In this document: positions 11,801 through 25,531 of the stretch, piece by piece | How positions within the stretch are numbered: position 1 is the first letter of the stretch | How the letters are laid out: every line of letters starts with the position of its first letter | NCBI GenBank assembly: GCA_964247055.1 | Contig: OZ176056.1 | Span: 8,308,001 to 8,372,000, forward strand | Source: Paragordius varius | Taxonomy: Eukaryota > Animalia > Nematomorpha | DNA length: 64,000 nt | Direction: 5' to 3' | The notes under the pieces: model-generated | What the model saw: the letters and a program-made list of their open reading frames with translations, nothing else | The model's database searches: none | What the model was told of the DNA's origin: nothing | Translations under genes and position numbers: made by a program

Positions 11801-14800
11801 ATGCATCATTTTTTATTTAATTTTATAAAATAATTATTTATTTAATTAATAAAAAAATTTTTTTGGTTTAGGATTTGAATCCCATGATTATGTGTTAAAA
11901 CTCGTACCCACTACATATCAAACCAAGGATGGAACCATTATAAATAGTTATCATTATACCCAGGCTTATAAGGTAAAATAATGGAATATTACTCAAAAAA
12001 GTAGATATAATTTTAAATTTTTTAAGTTTTTTTACTTACTTTATATTCTGTAATGTGGTTTTATAACTAAATATACCATTTACAGTTCAAATTCACCCCC
12101 TTGAACAATTCAAATTTACCCTAAAAATAAATTATGTGTTTTCAAACTAATATAACTCACATTATTATTAATATGAAATATATCTTTATGGCATAGTTTA
12201 TTATTGTTTAGTATTATTTAAAATCAAATCTTTTATTTTTAAAAATATATAAAAATATAGGTTATTTTTCATCTTAAAAACCACATAATTTATTTGAGGG
12301 TGAATTTGAATTGTAAATGGTATATCGATCATAAATACTTTTTAAACTGATAATACTGTGTTTTTCTAACTTTAACCAAATCCTTAGTTTTTAAGGCTAT
12401 ATAATTAATCGAAATTTAGTAAATTTTATAAACATTTTTAAATTTTTTAGCAGGTGTATTAATTTTTCCCATAGATTTTTTAAATTTGATCAATATATTG
12501 AGGTTGTATGGTTTTATCCCTGAAGACGATATAATAATTATATCGAAAATATATTTTGGGAATTTTATTCGGCGATATTTAAATTTTTACCCAATTGAAC
12601 AGAAATTTTTTATAGATTTAATAAAATATAAAAAAGGCAATTTTTGTTAATTTTTTACCCAAATATCTGTAGGATAGTACACACTAAAAAGTCGAATTAT
12701 ACTAAGGACAAAACGTTAAATTATAACGACAAATATTATTTTTTAATATACCATATACAATTCAAGTTCATCTTAAACAAATTCCATTCACCCTTAAACA
12801 ATTCAAATTCACCCTCAAATAAAATATATGTTTTTTAAGATTAAAAATTACCTATTTTTTATATATTTTTAAAAAATAAAAATTTTGTTTTAAATTAACC
12901 AAAAAAATAATAAACTATGCCATAAAGATATATTTCATATTAAAAATAAGTTATATTAGTTCAAAAAGACATAATTTATTTTTAGGGTGAATGTGAATTG
13001 TTTAAGGAATTTGATTTGTTCGAGGGTGAATTTGAATTTTTTTAAGGGTGAATTTGAACTGTAAATGGTATATTACAAATACTTTTTAAACCTAATATAT
13101 AATTGATATTGTTATACATCTTTATTTCATACTTTGCAATTTTTAACACAATGATTTATTCACATAATTAACAAAAAAAACAAAATTAAAAATTTTTTAA
13201 GAAAAATATTTGTCTTTACATTTATATACGTATTTTGTCCGTATAATTCCTTATTTGCATTTTTAAGCCGATGGATGAATAAAATTGTTTAGGAAAAAAA
13301 TAAATTATATTTTAATTTTTATTACATCAATCAAATCCAAAAAAAGATTTTTTTTTGAAAATTCAATTTTTTCTTATTATGCTATGTTTTGAATGATAGA
13401 AATTTTTAATGATTGGACCTACTGGGCCCGTCACACCCGCTATATGGTTTAATTATGACCTTAATCCATTCACGGTTAAATATGTTGAACGATCTAAACC
13501 AATCTACCATTTTATAACTACGGTAAGACATTTTTTTATACCCTCTTTTAAAAACTATATAAACGACAGAAATCTTTATTTTTCGAAACCTTGATTTTTT
13601 TTTATTGTAACTTATATTTAATTATACGGTAAAAATTACATTTATATTGGAGGAAAAACTTCTAAACTTAAAAAAACAAATATTTACTTAAGTGAGAAAG
13701 CAAAATATTAATATGCCATTAACAATTCAAAAATTCACCCTTAAACAATTCAAATTTACCCTCGAACAATTCGAATCCACCTTCAAATAAAATGTTTTTT
13801 AAGATTACCCATATTTTTATATATCTAAAAAGATAAAAATTTTGGTTTAAATTAAAATAATACCGAAAAAAATGAAAACTATGACATAAAGATATATGTC
13901 TTAATAATGAGTTATATTAGTTCGAAAACACAAATTATTTTTAGGGTGAATTTGAATTATTTAAGGATAAATTTGAACTGTTAATGGTATATACCTGGTT
14001 ATCGTTTCTGGTCGCAAAATAAGTTATGGAGATTTAGATTAATAACACACTTTAATAATTTAATTTTTTAAAGCATATAAAAAAATATAGTTATCATATA
14101 TATTCATTTTTAATTATTTACTTTTTATATTTAAATTGTTAGTAATTTTTCATAACCTTGGGTCACTCATTATCTTTAATTGAAAAAATATTCCATTTAC
14201 AATTCAAATTCATCCTTGATCGAATTCACCCTTGAACAGTTCAAATTCACCCTAAAACTAAATTATGTGTTTTCAGGCTTATATAACTCATCATTAATAA
14301 GAAACATATATTTTTATGGCATAGTTTATTATTTTTTAGTATTATAATTTGAATTGTAATATCATTTTTTAAGAATATAAAAAATATAGGTAATTTTTAT
14401 TCTTAAAAAACACATAATTTATTTTAGGGTGAATTTGAATTGCTCAAGGGTAAATTTGAATTGTTTATTGAACTGTAAATAGTATATGTATGTATTCACT
14501 AGCCTTTTATAAGATTTTTGAAGAAAAAAAATATGTTTAAATTGATTTTTCATTTTCTGCTGCTAAATATTTTTATTTTTCCGCGCAATCACTTGTTATC
14601 CATATAACATAAAAAATTTTAACTATGAACTATTTTTTTAAAAAAATTATCCATCTAAAAATAGATTGTATTTTTTTATTAATTTTTAAAAAAATTGATT
14701 GTAATTGTATTTTGAATCAATCATTTCCGACTTATAAAGCATAAACTTATTTCAATCAATCTCATATAAATCACTTTATCTTAAAATTTTATCAATATAC

Positions 14801-15278
14801 CATTTAGAGTTGAAATTCACCCTTGATCAATTCAAATTCACCCTACACAAATTATGCGTATTTTAAGATTAAAAATACCTTTATTTTTTGATATTTTTAA
14901 ATTATCAAATTCTGTTTAAAATTAATATAATGCTAAAAAAATAATAAACTATGTCGTAAAAATATATTTCATATTAATGATGAGTTATGCTAGATTGAAA
15001 AGACATAATATATTTTTAGGGCTAATTTGAATTTTTTAAGGGTTAATTTGTATTGTTTAAGGGTCAATTTTAATTGTTTTAAGGATGAATTTGAATTGTT
15101 AATGGTCTATTTAAAATTAAATTCAGTAAATATTATTATTATAACAATATATTAATATTTGCATATATAGGTTTGTGCAATCATTGGTGGAGTATTTACA
15201 GTAGCAGGCCTCATAGATTCCTTCATTTTTAACACGTCAGAAATGTTTAGGAAAATGCAACTCAATAAGCTCATATAA
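8312..15278 (+). CDS. ERGIC1: ER-Golgi intermediate compartment protein 1 (ERGIC-32), 286 aa, 9 exons
   Basis: Exons: 8312-8325, 8351-8485, 8515-8603, 8659-8786, 9250-9354, 11133-11190, 11872-11972, 13400-13522, 15171-15278 (861 nt, frame consistent). Motifs DLYRKVPKDLTQATYTGAIISICC, VGLDIMDNKGRHEVG, PGNFHISTH, SHDYVLKLVPT, PAIWFNYDL and CAIIGGVFTVAGLIDS match ERGIC1. Confidence 0.95.
9821..15110. mobile_element. Cluster of eight MITE family A copies in ERGIC1 introns 5-8
   Basis: Approximate copies 9821-10118, 10686-10946, 11421-11739, 12071-12325, 12746-13073, 13711-13992, 14188-14487, 14795-15110. Same TIRs and shared ~180-bp core, in both orientations. Confidence 0.9.
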
Positions 15279-15689
15279 CGAAGTGAAATTGTGATATCAC
15301 CGCAAGGGATCATTCATTATTAAATTCTTTTGCATTTTATGTGCTTTGCAAAAATTATAATACATTATAGACAATCGATTTTTCATGTACAATTTTAGCC
15401 AAATCAATTGGGTAATAGTTAAAGGGATGTTTTTTTTTCATATTTAAACAAGGACCAAATTTTTTTTGAATATTTTAAACATACTTTTATACTTATGGAA
15501 CGAACGCAAATCAACATAATAAATGTAAATAAACGCGTAATTATATGATTTATTTGTACAATAAATAAGGGAGCTATATAAATAATTTTTTCAATGAGTT
15601 AATTGTGTGCGTTTATAGTCTTTAAATTTATTGTCAAAATCAATCTCAAATAACATAATCTCTCTCTCCCCCCACCCTTTTTATATACT

Positions 15690-17510
15690 TTAAAACAATA
15701 TTTTTGTCATGTAGGGGCCTTCAAGTTCATAACCCAATTTACGGTAATAAGCCCGTGTCCCTACACCCGAAATAACGGCAATTTTGTTGGAGCCATGTTC
15801 GCTTTTTGCGATTCGTTCAGCTTCTTCCATAAGCAAAGTTCCTATGCCTTGGTGCTGAAATTTGGTCGGGTCTTTGGCCTGCAAGGGTACAACACTCCCA
15901 TAAACATGTAATTCCCGTACGATGCTAACTCGATCGAGTGGATAAGTAGGAGTAATAATGTGAGCGCTGTGAACGTTAGTATTAGCAAAAGTAGAAGCAT
16001 TATGATTGGCTTTAAGCTCTGGTCTGTATGCAGTAACTGGATTACATTGCCGTAACCTTAGTAATCCTATCAAAGTGTCAGTTGAGGTATCCTCATACGA
16101 TAAAAATGTTTCCCATCCCTCATTACCCACGTAGTCTCGGCGAACGAGTTCAATTTCATTTTGTTGAGCGGCATTATTTGTTGTAGTAGGGGATGATGTC
16201 ATATCCTGAATTATTAGGGCACCACTTTTATTTTCTGCATTATATTTATTGCAATTTTTTTCCTTTTCCTTATTGGCATGAATATGTCGGATTCCAGCTT
16301 CACGAGTTCTCACATCTCTGCATGTTAAACCGAGCTCTTTCATACGAGCCAAACAATGTTCCCGTAAATTCCCAGATTCGACAGCCGAGGAGGAAACGAG
16401 GGGCATGGGTATGTCTCTTTGTACACGATAAACTCGTACCCAAGGTGGTATTAGCGCTAAAATTTTGGATACCAAATCAATGAGTACACTGGGTGGGTAA
16501 CTTTTATACCGTCCCGTTTTCCATAATTCATATAATCCGGTACCGCGAATAACGAGCGTAGGATAAATTTTAAGGCCATCGGGCCTAAAGCTGGGATCCT
16601 CAAACAGTTGAATGAATTGCGACAAGTCACGTCGATACCCCATGTTAGGAAGGTCGGGCATCATATGCGTCACAACTTTGTAACCGGCTTCCTTGGCCAA
16701 CACAAACGTTTGACATGTGGCAGAAACTGTGTGCCCACGATTCGTGTCTAAGGCAATGTCTTCGTAAACACTTTGAACTCCAATCTCCAAACGGGTGCAT
16801 CCATAACTCAGCATATCATTTATGTGCCGTTCATAACAGTAATCGGGACGTGTTTCAATCGTTATACCGATACATTTCATGCGTGAGCGTTCAGACATGA
16901 GGACGGCTTCGCGGACCGAATTACTCCGAGCCCCGGAAAGTGCATCATGCAAGTTACGGATAAAAAAATCGCGATAATCTTCGGGAAGTGACATGAATGT
17001 CCCACCCATAATTATATATTCAATCTTTTCCACATCGTGTCCCAGTTGTTGTAATTGAGAAATCCGATGACGCGCTTGAATATAGGGATCATAACGTGCT
17101 CGTATAGCACGCATTGAAGTAGGTTCATACCCCGTGTAAGATTGTGTCGAATATTCGAAATCTGAATCGGGTCCGCCCGGGCAGTAAACACAAACGTTTC
17201 CAGTAGTTGCTATGTGAGGACATCTATGCGGTTTACACATGACTGCGACAACAGCAATTCCACTTGCTGTACGGACCGGTTTAGCCTTCAAAACAGGAAT
17301 GAGAATGCTTTTGGATTCATTTGGAATGGCATTTATTATATCAAACAGTTTGGGTTGATTTGAGAGTTTATATTTGTTTGATGAAGCAGATTTAATTTTC
17401 GTAAGGTTAAATGTTTTACCCGATTGAACATGGGATAAAACAGTTTTAATAATGTCACCAACGCACAAGGAATAGTTTTTATGATTAAGCGTGTCGGTAT
17501 CGATAGTCAT
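15690..17510 (-). CDS. ELP3: Elongator complex protein 3 (radical SAM + KAT domains), 606 aa, single exon
   Basis: Long ORF with [22 protein letters not shown] (Fe-S cysteines), [31 protein letters not shown] and [15 protein letters not shown]. Confidence 0.99.
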   Translation of the reverse strand: MTIDTDTLNHKNYSLCVGDIIKTVLSHVQSGKTFNLTKIKSASSNKYKLSNQPKLFDIINAIPNESKSILIPVLKAKPVRTASGIAVVAVMCKPHRCPHIATTGNVCVYCPGGPDSDFEYSTQSYTGYEPTSMRAIRARYDPYIQARHRISQLQQLGHDVEKIEYIIMGGTFMSLPEDYRDFFIRNLHDALSGARSNSVREAVLMSERSRMKCIGITIETRPDYCYERHINDMLSYGCTRLEIGVQSVYEDIALDTNRGHTVSATCQTFVLAKEAGYKVVTHMMPDLPNMGYRRDLSQFIQLFEDPSFRPDGLKIYPTLVIRGTGLYELWKTGRYKSYPPSVLIDLVSKILALIPPWVRVYRVQRDIPMPLVSSSAVESGNLREHCLARMKELGLTCRDVRTREAGIRHIHANKEKEKNCNKYNAENKSGALIIQDMTSSPTTTNNAAQQNEIELVRRDYVGNEGWETFLSYEDTSTDTLIGLLRLRQCNPVTAYRPELKANHNASTFANTNVHSAHIITPTYPLDRVSIVRELHVYGSVVPLQAKDPTKFQHQGIGTLLMEEAERIAKSEHGSNKIAVISGVGTRAYYRKLGYELEGPYMTKILF

Positions 17511-20500
17511 AATGTGTAGAACAATAAAGGATTACATATGACATATTAAAATTGTTGTAAAACAATATGCAAATATTTAAAATTGTACACAAAAAATACC
17601 TACAGCCAAGCTTATAGGAATGCAATTTATTGTATAATTTATATTGTGTCTTTAATATTTATAATAATAAAGAAAGGTGTTGGCTGCAAACGCTTGAGGA
17701 GGAATGAGTTCAGTCCAAATCTAAAGTGAAAATAATTTAGTCATTTATAAATAGGCTTACAATAATTATAATATATGATCTCTAACATGATTAAATTACA
17801 TAGATAAATATTATTAAGAAACACTTAAAGCCTTTTTATTACAGTTTCGATCATGCGTCAATGTAATATGCTTTAACGAAATTTTGATATAAATGGATTT
17901 TAAATAATATTCATTTTTGTAAAAAATTGATATCAAAGTTTAGCACACATTTATAATATTTATCGCTTCTCGGAATATATCGTAAAAGGGCAAATTTATA
18001 AGTTTAGAGCCCATATCTAAATATTAATATTTTGTAAAATTGTTATTTGGTTTCAATTTGTAATAAATTTTATATTTAAGTGAAATTTAATAAAAAAAAT
18101 TTAACATGAAAAACTATTTCCGCGATGACATATTGGGGCAGTGCTCAATCCAGTATATAAACCACTGTTCTGGAAGTTATTTGGATAGAATATAATCCAT
18201 GTTCCTCTGTATGAGAATAGGCTATTTACAGTTTTGTAATAAGGTTAATGAACAGCAGCTCAAAACATATTAGACTAAATTGAAATATCAAAATATTTTT
18301 AGTGGTAAAAAGCAACTTTACCAAAGTATTTTTATTTACATTATTTAACCCTCTTATATATATATATTTATTTGCCTACACTTCGTCAAAATTGGAATTA
18401 TTAAATTATAACCGATAAAATATAATATACCGTTCACGAAAAATATGGTGAAATATATATTTTTCGGGAGATAAATGTATCAGGATTATCATAAGGCTTC
18501 TGGGTTTAAACCTCACGAATGTAAAAAAGTTATTTTGAGAAATGGGAAAATTGCGCACATTTTTTTGAATTAAATTTTTTTTTCGTAAAAGCTAAAGGCT
18601 TCTTTCCAAAAAAATATTAAATATATTTTTAAACTACCTATGAAAAACAAAACAATAATATTAAATACTCAATATTTTACTGGGCGCTCTGAAAGTGACT
18701 TAAAAAATAAACGAAAAAATACCCGGATAACCGGAAATATTTTAATAAAATATGCTAAATTTGACATCAAAAGAAATTTTTTCAAAAAATTTATACTATT
18801 TAATAAAATTTAATTTTTAGCAAAATTTTGTTTAAGCTTATTTCTCTTAGACATGATGGAAACGGTAAAAATTAAGATATCATAAATTCTTTTTATATAA
18901 TTTTATGATGTTGAATATTTCTATTCAGATTATTTAAAAAATTTGTTCTCTTTCAAAATTAAGTGTAATATTATAAAAAAACTAATTTATATTAAATAGA
19001 TTTGTAAATTATTTAATCAAAATTTTCAGGTGATAGAAATGTTCAGCATAATATATAGAAAAGTGATTTTATATCCAAAATCCTTTTTGTAGCGTTATAT
19101 CATACCTAATAGAATGAATGAAGTACGGTTCTAAATTTTGCCAAAAATTAAACTGTGAGAAGTAAGCATAGAAATATTTTTTTGATGTGAAAATTTGGCA
19201 TATAAAAAATCTTAACACTCTATTCCGGAATTTTTGCGTTTTTTTTAAAAAATGGGACTTTTGGAGCCCATAACTAGAATTAAAATATTTTAAAGATTTT
19301 GTTTCGCTTTTCATAGTCACTTTGTGCTATATTATATTATTTGGGTTGAAGTATTTAGTTTTCAATGTACTTTCATATAATTAACAGTTGGCAGAAGAGT
19401 GTCAATGTTTTTTTATCCCTCATAAGTGTCAAAACCAAAAGCACCATGTTAATCCTAAAATATTATAAATATTTTACTGGATATTTTATATCCCTACCAT
19501 CATAACGCATATTTTAATTAATAAAAATATATATCAGTATTTTTGCTTTTGATTTTCAACACATATTAAAAATCGTTAAATTACCGCTTCTAATTTAAAT
19601 TTTTTGTGAAAGCTAGATTGTATGATTAGAGTATGCTTTTAAATGGTTGCTTATTTCACACTTGATTAGGGCAATTTGGAACACAGTAGTTTATGGAAAA
19701 AAGAAATAAAATGATGTTTATTTAACATTTTGTTGTTTTCTCTCTACTCTACGGTGTTATGTATTGCCATACTATAGCGTAAAATAAGCAACCATTAAAA
19801 TTCATTTGATTAAAATTAAATATTTTTAAAAATATGGAAAAATTTGATATCATTGCAAATTTTGCACTTATTACATTAATGCACCCACATATAAAAAAAG
19901 GATAAGTAAAAAAACTTAACATAACATATTTAATTAATAAACCTTGAAGAAATTTAGTCCGTAAAGCACATAAACCATTTTTTTATATCAATCTTAAATT
20001 TAAACAAATATTTAGTTTAATTTTAGCGTAATCAATTTAAACTATATTTTTTAACAATGTATAAAAATAAAAATGGCCCCCAAGAAGTTTGATATGGAAT
20101 TTTTTTCTAATTTTTTTTAGATATTTTGGCATTCATATAATTTTTATTATAAGAGAAGCTTGATAGATACACCAATCTAAATCGAAAAACTCTAGAAGTT
20201 ACAAAACCGATTAATCTTCAAATTTATTTTAATGACCAAAACAACTTGTAAAATAGTAGCCTATGTATCATTTAATATCTGGCGTATAACTGCCCCAATA
20301 AACTTGGCGCACAAAATATCAAAATGTACTAAATAGTTAAATATATTTAGTTCATTTCAAGATGGTATGGGACCCTAAAAAATAAACACAAAAAGTCAAA
20401 AATAAAAAACATATATTTATAAAAACATAGATCGTCTATAAATTTTATGAGAATTTTCAAAATATAATTGATTTGAGGTTACCGTAATTGAAATTTTATC

Positions 20501-21858
20501 TTGAAACTTATGTTACATAAATGACTAAGGATTAATATGTGGTTGTATTTCATTTTTTTACATTTTGTCCTTATGTATTATGTCTTATTGTACTAACATT
20601 TATAGAATATTTTTGGCAAATCATGAAATTCGTATTTAATACGTAATTTTCAAACTTTTCGCAGTCTGCCTAAATTCGAAGGGGTGCATAATGTACGAAC
20701 TTGATCTACATATTTATATTAACACCACCCCCCTTCCCCCAAATACCAATTTGACTCAATTCGTCCTCTATCGACTTAACCGATAACTACAAATATTTAG
20801 CTTCAGTAATATTTCATCTGACGGCACTTCAGATCCCGACACGGCTTGCTTTAGGGCGTGTTACTATAAGCGAGCTGGTCAGAATTTGGAACTCTTTGGT
20901 AATAAGAGCTTCAACCAAAGTAGCCATTCTAAAAGCTTTGTTAGGACACTGACAAAGCCCGCATCAACTTTTTTCAAATGTGGTGCTTCGAAAATTTTTT
21001 TTTGGGTATTTCCTGGAAATCATACATATCCAATTCTCGTATATAATTAACTTCCTTAAACCAGAATTTACATAAAGATTTGATGTTCTACAAGCAACTA
21101 ATTTATTTGGGCACATCCTTATATCTGATTCCTTCCTTGGAAGAAAAACACTCTCCTTGGATTGGTCGGACTCGCCAAGGATGCCGCCCCAAAAAAGGGT
21201 TTCTCGATATCGTTAAATCAGTTACTAACCTAACCCTCTCTTAAATATTCAAAAATCACAAGATCGTCTAAAATGGAGGAAAACACTTATTTATGAGAAA
21301 AAGAATCGCTACGCAATAGCTTCTAACAAAAACACGAGCAAAATTTCGGCAGTTTTTGTTTAATTCAAGATACATCCATTTAAAAGAGTTTTTAAATTAA
21401 AAAATTTGAAGTGCAGATCTCAAATAATTTAATGCAACTAATGCTTATTCATTACTTTATCAAAATTTGGGTAAAAATTTTGGCTTATACTAAATAATAC
21501 ACTTATATTGTGGTATTTTAAAAACAACTACAAAATTTGGAATAATATTATTAAACCAACGCTTTTTGAGTATCATTATATAATTTTTTTAAAGTGTGCT
21601 CGCGACTCTTATGGGTATCAGTCCACAGTTAATTTTACTTTGAGAATACACATAGAAAGGTTGTTAAACAATTTTAAGAAAATAGAATTTGGTTAAGAAA
21701 TTTTTTTGAAATAATTTTTTATAGTATATTAATCAAAAATCTATCCATACTATACTTGATTTACATGATTTTAGAATTCAAACCATATCAAATCAAATCA
21801 AATTTAATAAATAATATATCCATGTAATGCGTTACATTTATTTCAGGATTTTTATCGT

Positions 21859-22290
21859 TTATGTTTCACATATTGGATAATAGAAAGGGATATTGCTTAT
21901 CAGAAAAATTGTATTATCTGAAGAAATTATTAGTTGAATTAAGCCCAAAGGCCAATAATTGAATACATGCGTGTAGGCGTTTACTGATCCATCGATTAAA
22001 TCCTTAATAAAATTAGAGGCAACAGTTGTTGTTTGTGCGGTCTCATTTTGCAGGGAAAAATAGCTAACTTCACCATCACAATAATAGGAAATTTTTGTAT
22101 TATTGACCCATTCTACTTTATCGGGAAAGATAACGTTTTTACTACATGTAGTATTCATTGACGATGTATTATGGGTTTTGACAGGCATACATGAAAATGA
22201 CATGATTAGACAATGTAAGACCAAAAATCCAATAACCACCATTTTGGAAGCGAGAATTGAATGTTTTTGTGTTAAGGTTGAAAGATTCAT
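21859..22290 (-). CDS. Orphan 143-aa protein with N-terminal hydrophobic segment, probably a secreted or membrane glycoprotein
   Basis: Uninterrupted ATG-to-stop ORF in very AT-rich DNA. Hydrophobic stretch MVVIGFLVLHCLIMSFSC, several N-x-S/T sequons (NTS, NTT, NNT, NET). A paralogous N-terminus lies at 25532. Confidence 0.6.
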   Translation of the reverse strand: MNLSTLTQKHSILASKMVVIGFLVLHCLIMSFSCMPVKTHNTSSMNTTCSKNVIFPDKVEWVNNTKISYYCDGEVSYFSLQNETAQTTTVASNFIKDLIDGSVNAYTHVFNYWPLGLIQLIISSDNTIFLISNIPFYYPICET

Positions 22291-25200
22291 GATAATGTTT
22301 AGTTACAAAGTATGTATGGGCAAAAAAAATTAATTAATGTACACCTTATAAAAAGTTAACACTTATATACATAAGAGATGATGAAATTTTTTTACCCCAA
22401 TGATATCGACTAGAGTTAAATGTATTTAACTTATTTAGAATTTCTAACAAAACGAATATAAAAAAACATTTACACGTTGCTGCTTTCTCAGAAATACAAT
22501 AGTATATAACTTGTTTTTTAGTTTTTAGGCAGGTATACTTATCTAAATACAAATATTTGCTGATATCGAAGTAGACTATATTATCAAAATATATCAGACT
22601 TATGTTATCAATATTAACTAATTTCGATATCAGGTAAACACTTTTATTTGCATAATATGTTGTAACAAAAAATTTTAGATGAATTAAAAATAGAAGAAAT
22701 AATTTGTTTTCTAAGATTATTTCAGTAATTTTAGTTCGAATAAAAACAAAAATTGATGGAAATGCGCATCAGCTAAAACTTATAAAAAATAATTTTTTTC
22801 CCATTTTAAATTCAGATTAAAACGTTTAATTATTTTGTGATTAATAATCCAATATATCGTGTAAAAAAGAGTATTGCACCATATATAATACCAATATAAA
22901 AGTTTCGTGCCTTATTACATATGTAGATTTTTATAGTAAAAATATAAAAATTAATAAATAACTCATGGCCATTGAAAAGCACTTTGTACCCGCGGCCCAT
23001 AGGCCGCAGTTTGAATATCACTAATTTAAATCGTAGATTTAGTAAAAAAAAATAAGTTAAAAACTTTCAAAATAGATCATAAGGCTTTTATTATAATTAT
23101 AAGAATTCGTTATACTTTTTTTCAATCCAACTCAATATTATTTTCAGTAAAAAAATAGAATTTTAATCGCAACATTTTTTTGAATTCAACACGTTTCAAT
23201 TTCTAACTTTTCAAACAAATTGTTGATTTTTTTTAAACCAAACAAATTTGACAGTCTTTGATCAAAATTAGTCTACGTCAATCTGTACTCCATAATTACA
23301 CTAATATGAAGATTTAAAGAGTTAGTATGTTCCCTTAATCTGATATATGAATATTTATTGTTTGGAATACTAGTATATTTTTCTCAATAAAATTTTGGGC
23401 CAAATTTATCAATGTTATTTGAAAGCAAAAAACCCATATAAGACTTTTGCTCGATATTTGGTGCAAATGACTTTACATAATCAATTTCAAGCCTTAAAAG
23501 CAAAGGGATATTCTGATATTTTAATCAAAATGTTTATAATTTATCAACATATTTTTTACCCTATATTAATAGACGCACAATAATTTTATTAATGTATACT
23601 ACGCGCCATAAAATACAGTAACGCATGGTAATCAATAATAAATGGTTCAAATCACAAACATAAGTTTCAACTTAAGTTTGGGCAAAGCGATCTGAAAATT
23701 AAATATCTTAAAATTATCCAAAATATATTCACTTTAGTAGAAATGTTTCTTTATTTTTATGCACATGCTCCAAAAATCTTTTATTAAAATTGTATTCCCA
23801 AATTTTTTCGCCTTAATTTTTTTAATCACTTAATACAGGAAATGTTATTAAGGTTAGAAAATGCAAATAATTAACTTAAGAAAGATTTTTAATTATATTT
23901 TACCATACACTTGAGAGAGACGTACAAAATCAGCAATTTAATCCGATCGTGTTTTGGAGTTGGCCCAACTTTAGAAATTATTTCATCGTGTACAATAAAA
24001 ATAAAAATAAGTGTTATTTATGGACAAACTTTTAAATATATACCTTCTGCTCTACTGTTAATTCCTAAAATATTTTAAGGTTGTGTTAACGATTTATCCA
24101 CCGCACAAAATTCAATCGTTATGTTTTTAAAGAATATTTTTTCAAGCAAACGCGATTTTTAAGCAAAAACAGCAATTTTTTAAAACGCAACAACAATGTA
24201 AAGACAACCTAAAAACATTGCGTTTGGATAAGTTGCGTTTGCTTAATATAATATTGCCTTTGCCTAAAAAAATGTTTCGTTTGGATAGAGTAATGTTGTA
24301 TTTGTTTATACAAATGTCGCGTTTTGTATAAATGTTGCTTTAGACTAAAAAAATGATATACCATAAGGCTATACTTTATCCAATATATAATCTATAAAAA
24401 TCTTGCGATTTTAAGCGGGTTCTTGAATGACATAAAATAAAGCTAAAACTCGCATGTTGGCATCGAATTCGAATTTAATCGACTTATTTTTATGCGTTAA
24501 AGGATTAATTTTATTTATCATTTACAATAACAAATTTTCATTGCTGCTTTGATAATTAATGGTTTTCTTCTAGTTATTTTTTTTGAATTTTTAAACACTA
24601 TTTAACGCACTTTCGCGTATCGAGAAAAGCATATTTAACATGTCTTATTCAAAGTTTACCCAATACATGACATTAAACATATGGATGGCTTATATAAAAA
24701 GTAATTTTTATCGCTATTCGATCCAACGATAGCGTATTATTAAAACATCCAACATATATAATTTGGTATAATTCAATGAATGAAAAAGAGCTATGAACGT
24801 AGTTATAGATTTAGGTATTTATATGCCCAAAAACCGTCATCAATAAATGGCAACATACCTATCAATCACAATTGTGATCCATAAGCTATGAAACTTATGT
24901 CACTGAAAGATTTTCTAAATGAAATTTTTAATACTTTGGGTATTAATATCACACTTATAATCTTTTCATTGAATTATCAATACTTAATGGTATTCCATTT
25001 TAATATAAAAAAACCTAAATAATTTTTAGCTGACTCATTTTGCTTTAGTATATGTTGTTATTAGACTTAATATTGATGATAAACTGCAAATAAGGAAAAC
25101 GTACCAGTTTGTACTTATCGACAATATTTCGGTTTATATTTTATTTGCTTACATCATATGCTAAAATATTTACGCGATTAAAAATGTAAATATTGATGAC

Positions 25201-25531
25201 AAAATGCCTTAAATTATCGCATCTACCTCGTTATTACAAAATATTTGCATTTGTAGACTAGATAAGTATACCTGCCTAAATACAATACACTAGTATATAC
25301 TATTGTAATTCTGAGAAAACAAACAACGTGTTGATATTTTTTGTATTCTTTTCTATACATATAGCTGGAAAACCTAAATAATCTAAATAATTGAACCCTA
25401 GTAATTAGAAAATCACTTGCGTAAAATAATTTCATCATCTTTTGTCTATATAAGGGCTAACTTTTCAATAGGTGTTCATTAACAAATTTTTTTTACCCTT
25501 GCATATACTTTCGTTTGGCAAAAATTTTATC

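Noticed and set aside
16193-16900. Plus-strand ORFs of 96 and 61 aa
   Set aside because: Antisense shadows of the ELP3 coding sequence.
17660-18270. Two higher-GC patches upstream of ELP3 (possible exons or small RNA)
   Set aside because: All frames are short or interrupted, and I found no recognisable tRNA, snRNA or Sm-site structure.
24140-24350. Loose TTGCGTTTG-like repeats
   Set aside because: Too degenerate to define a unit; probably an old repeat interior.
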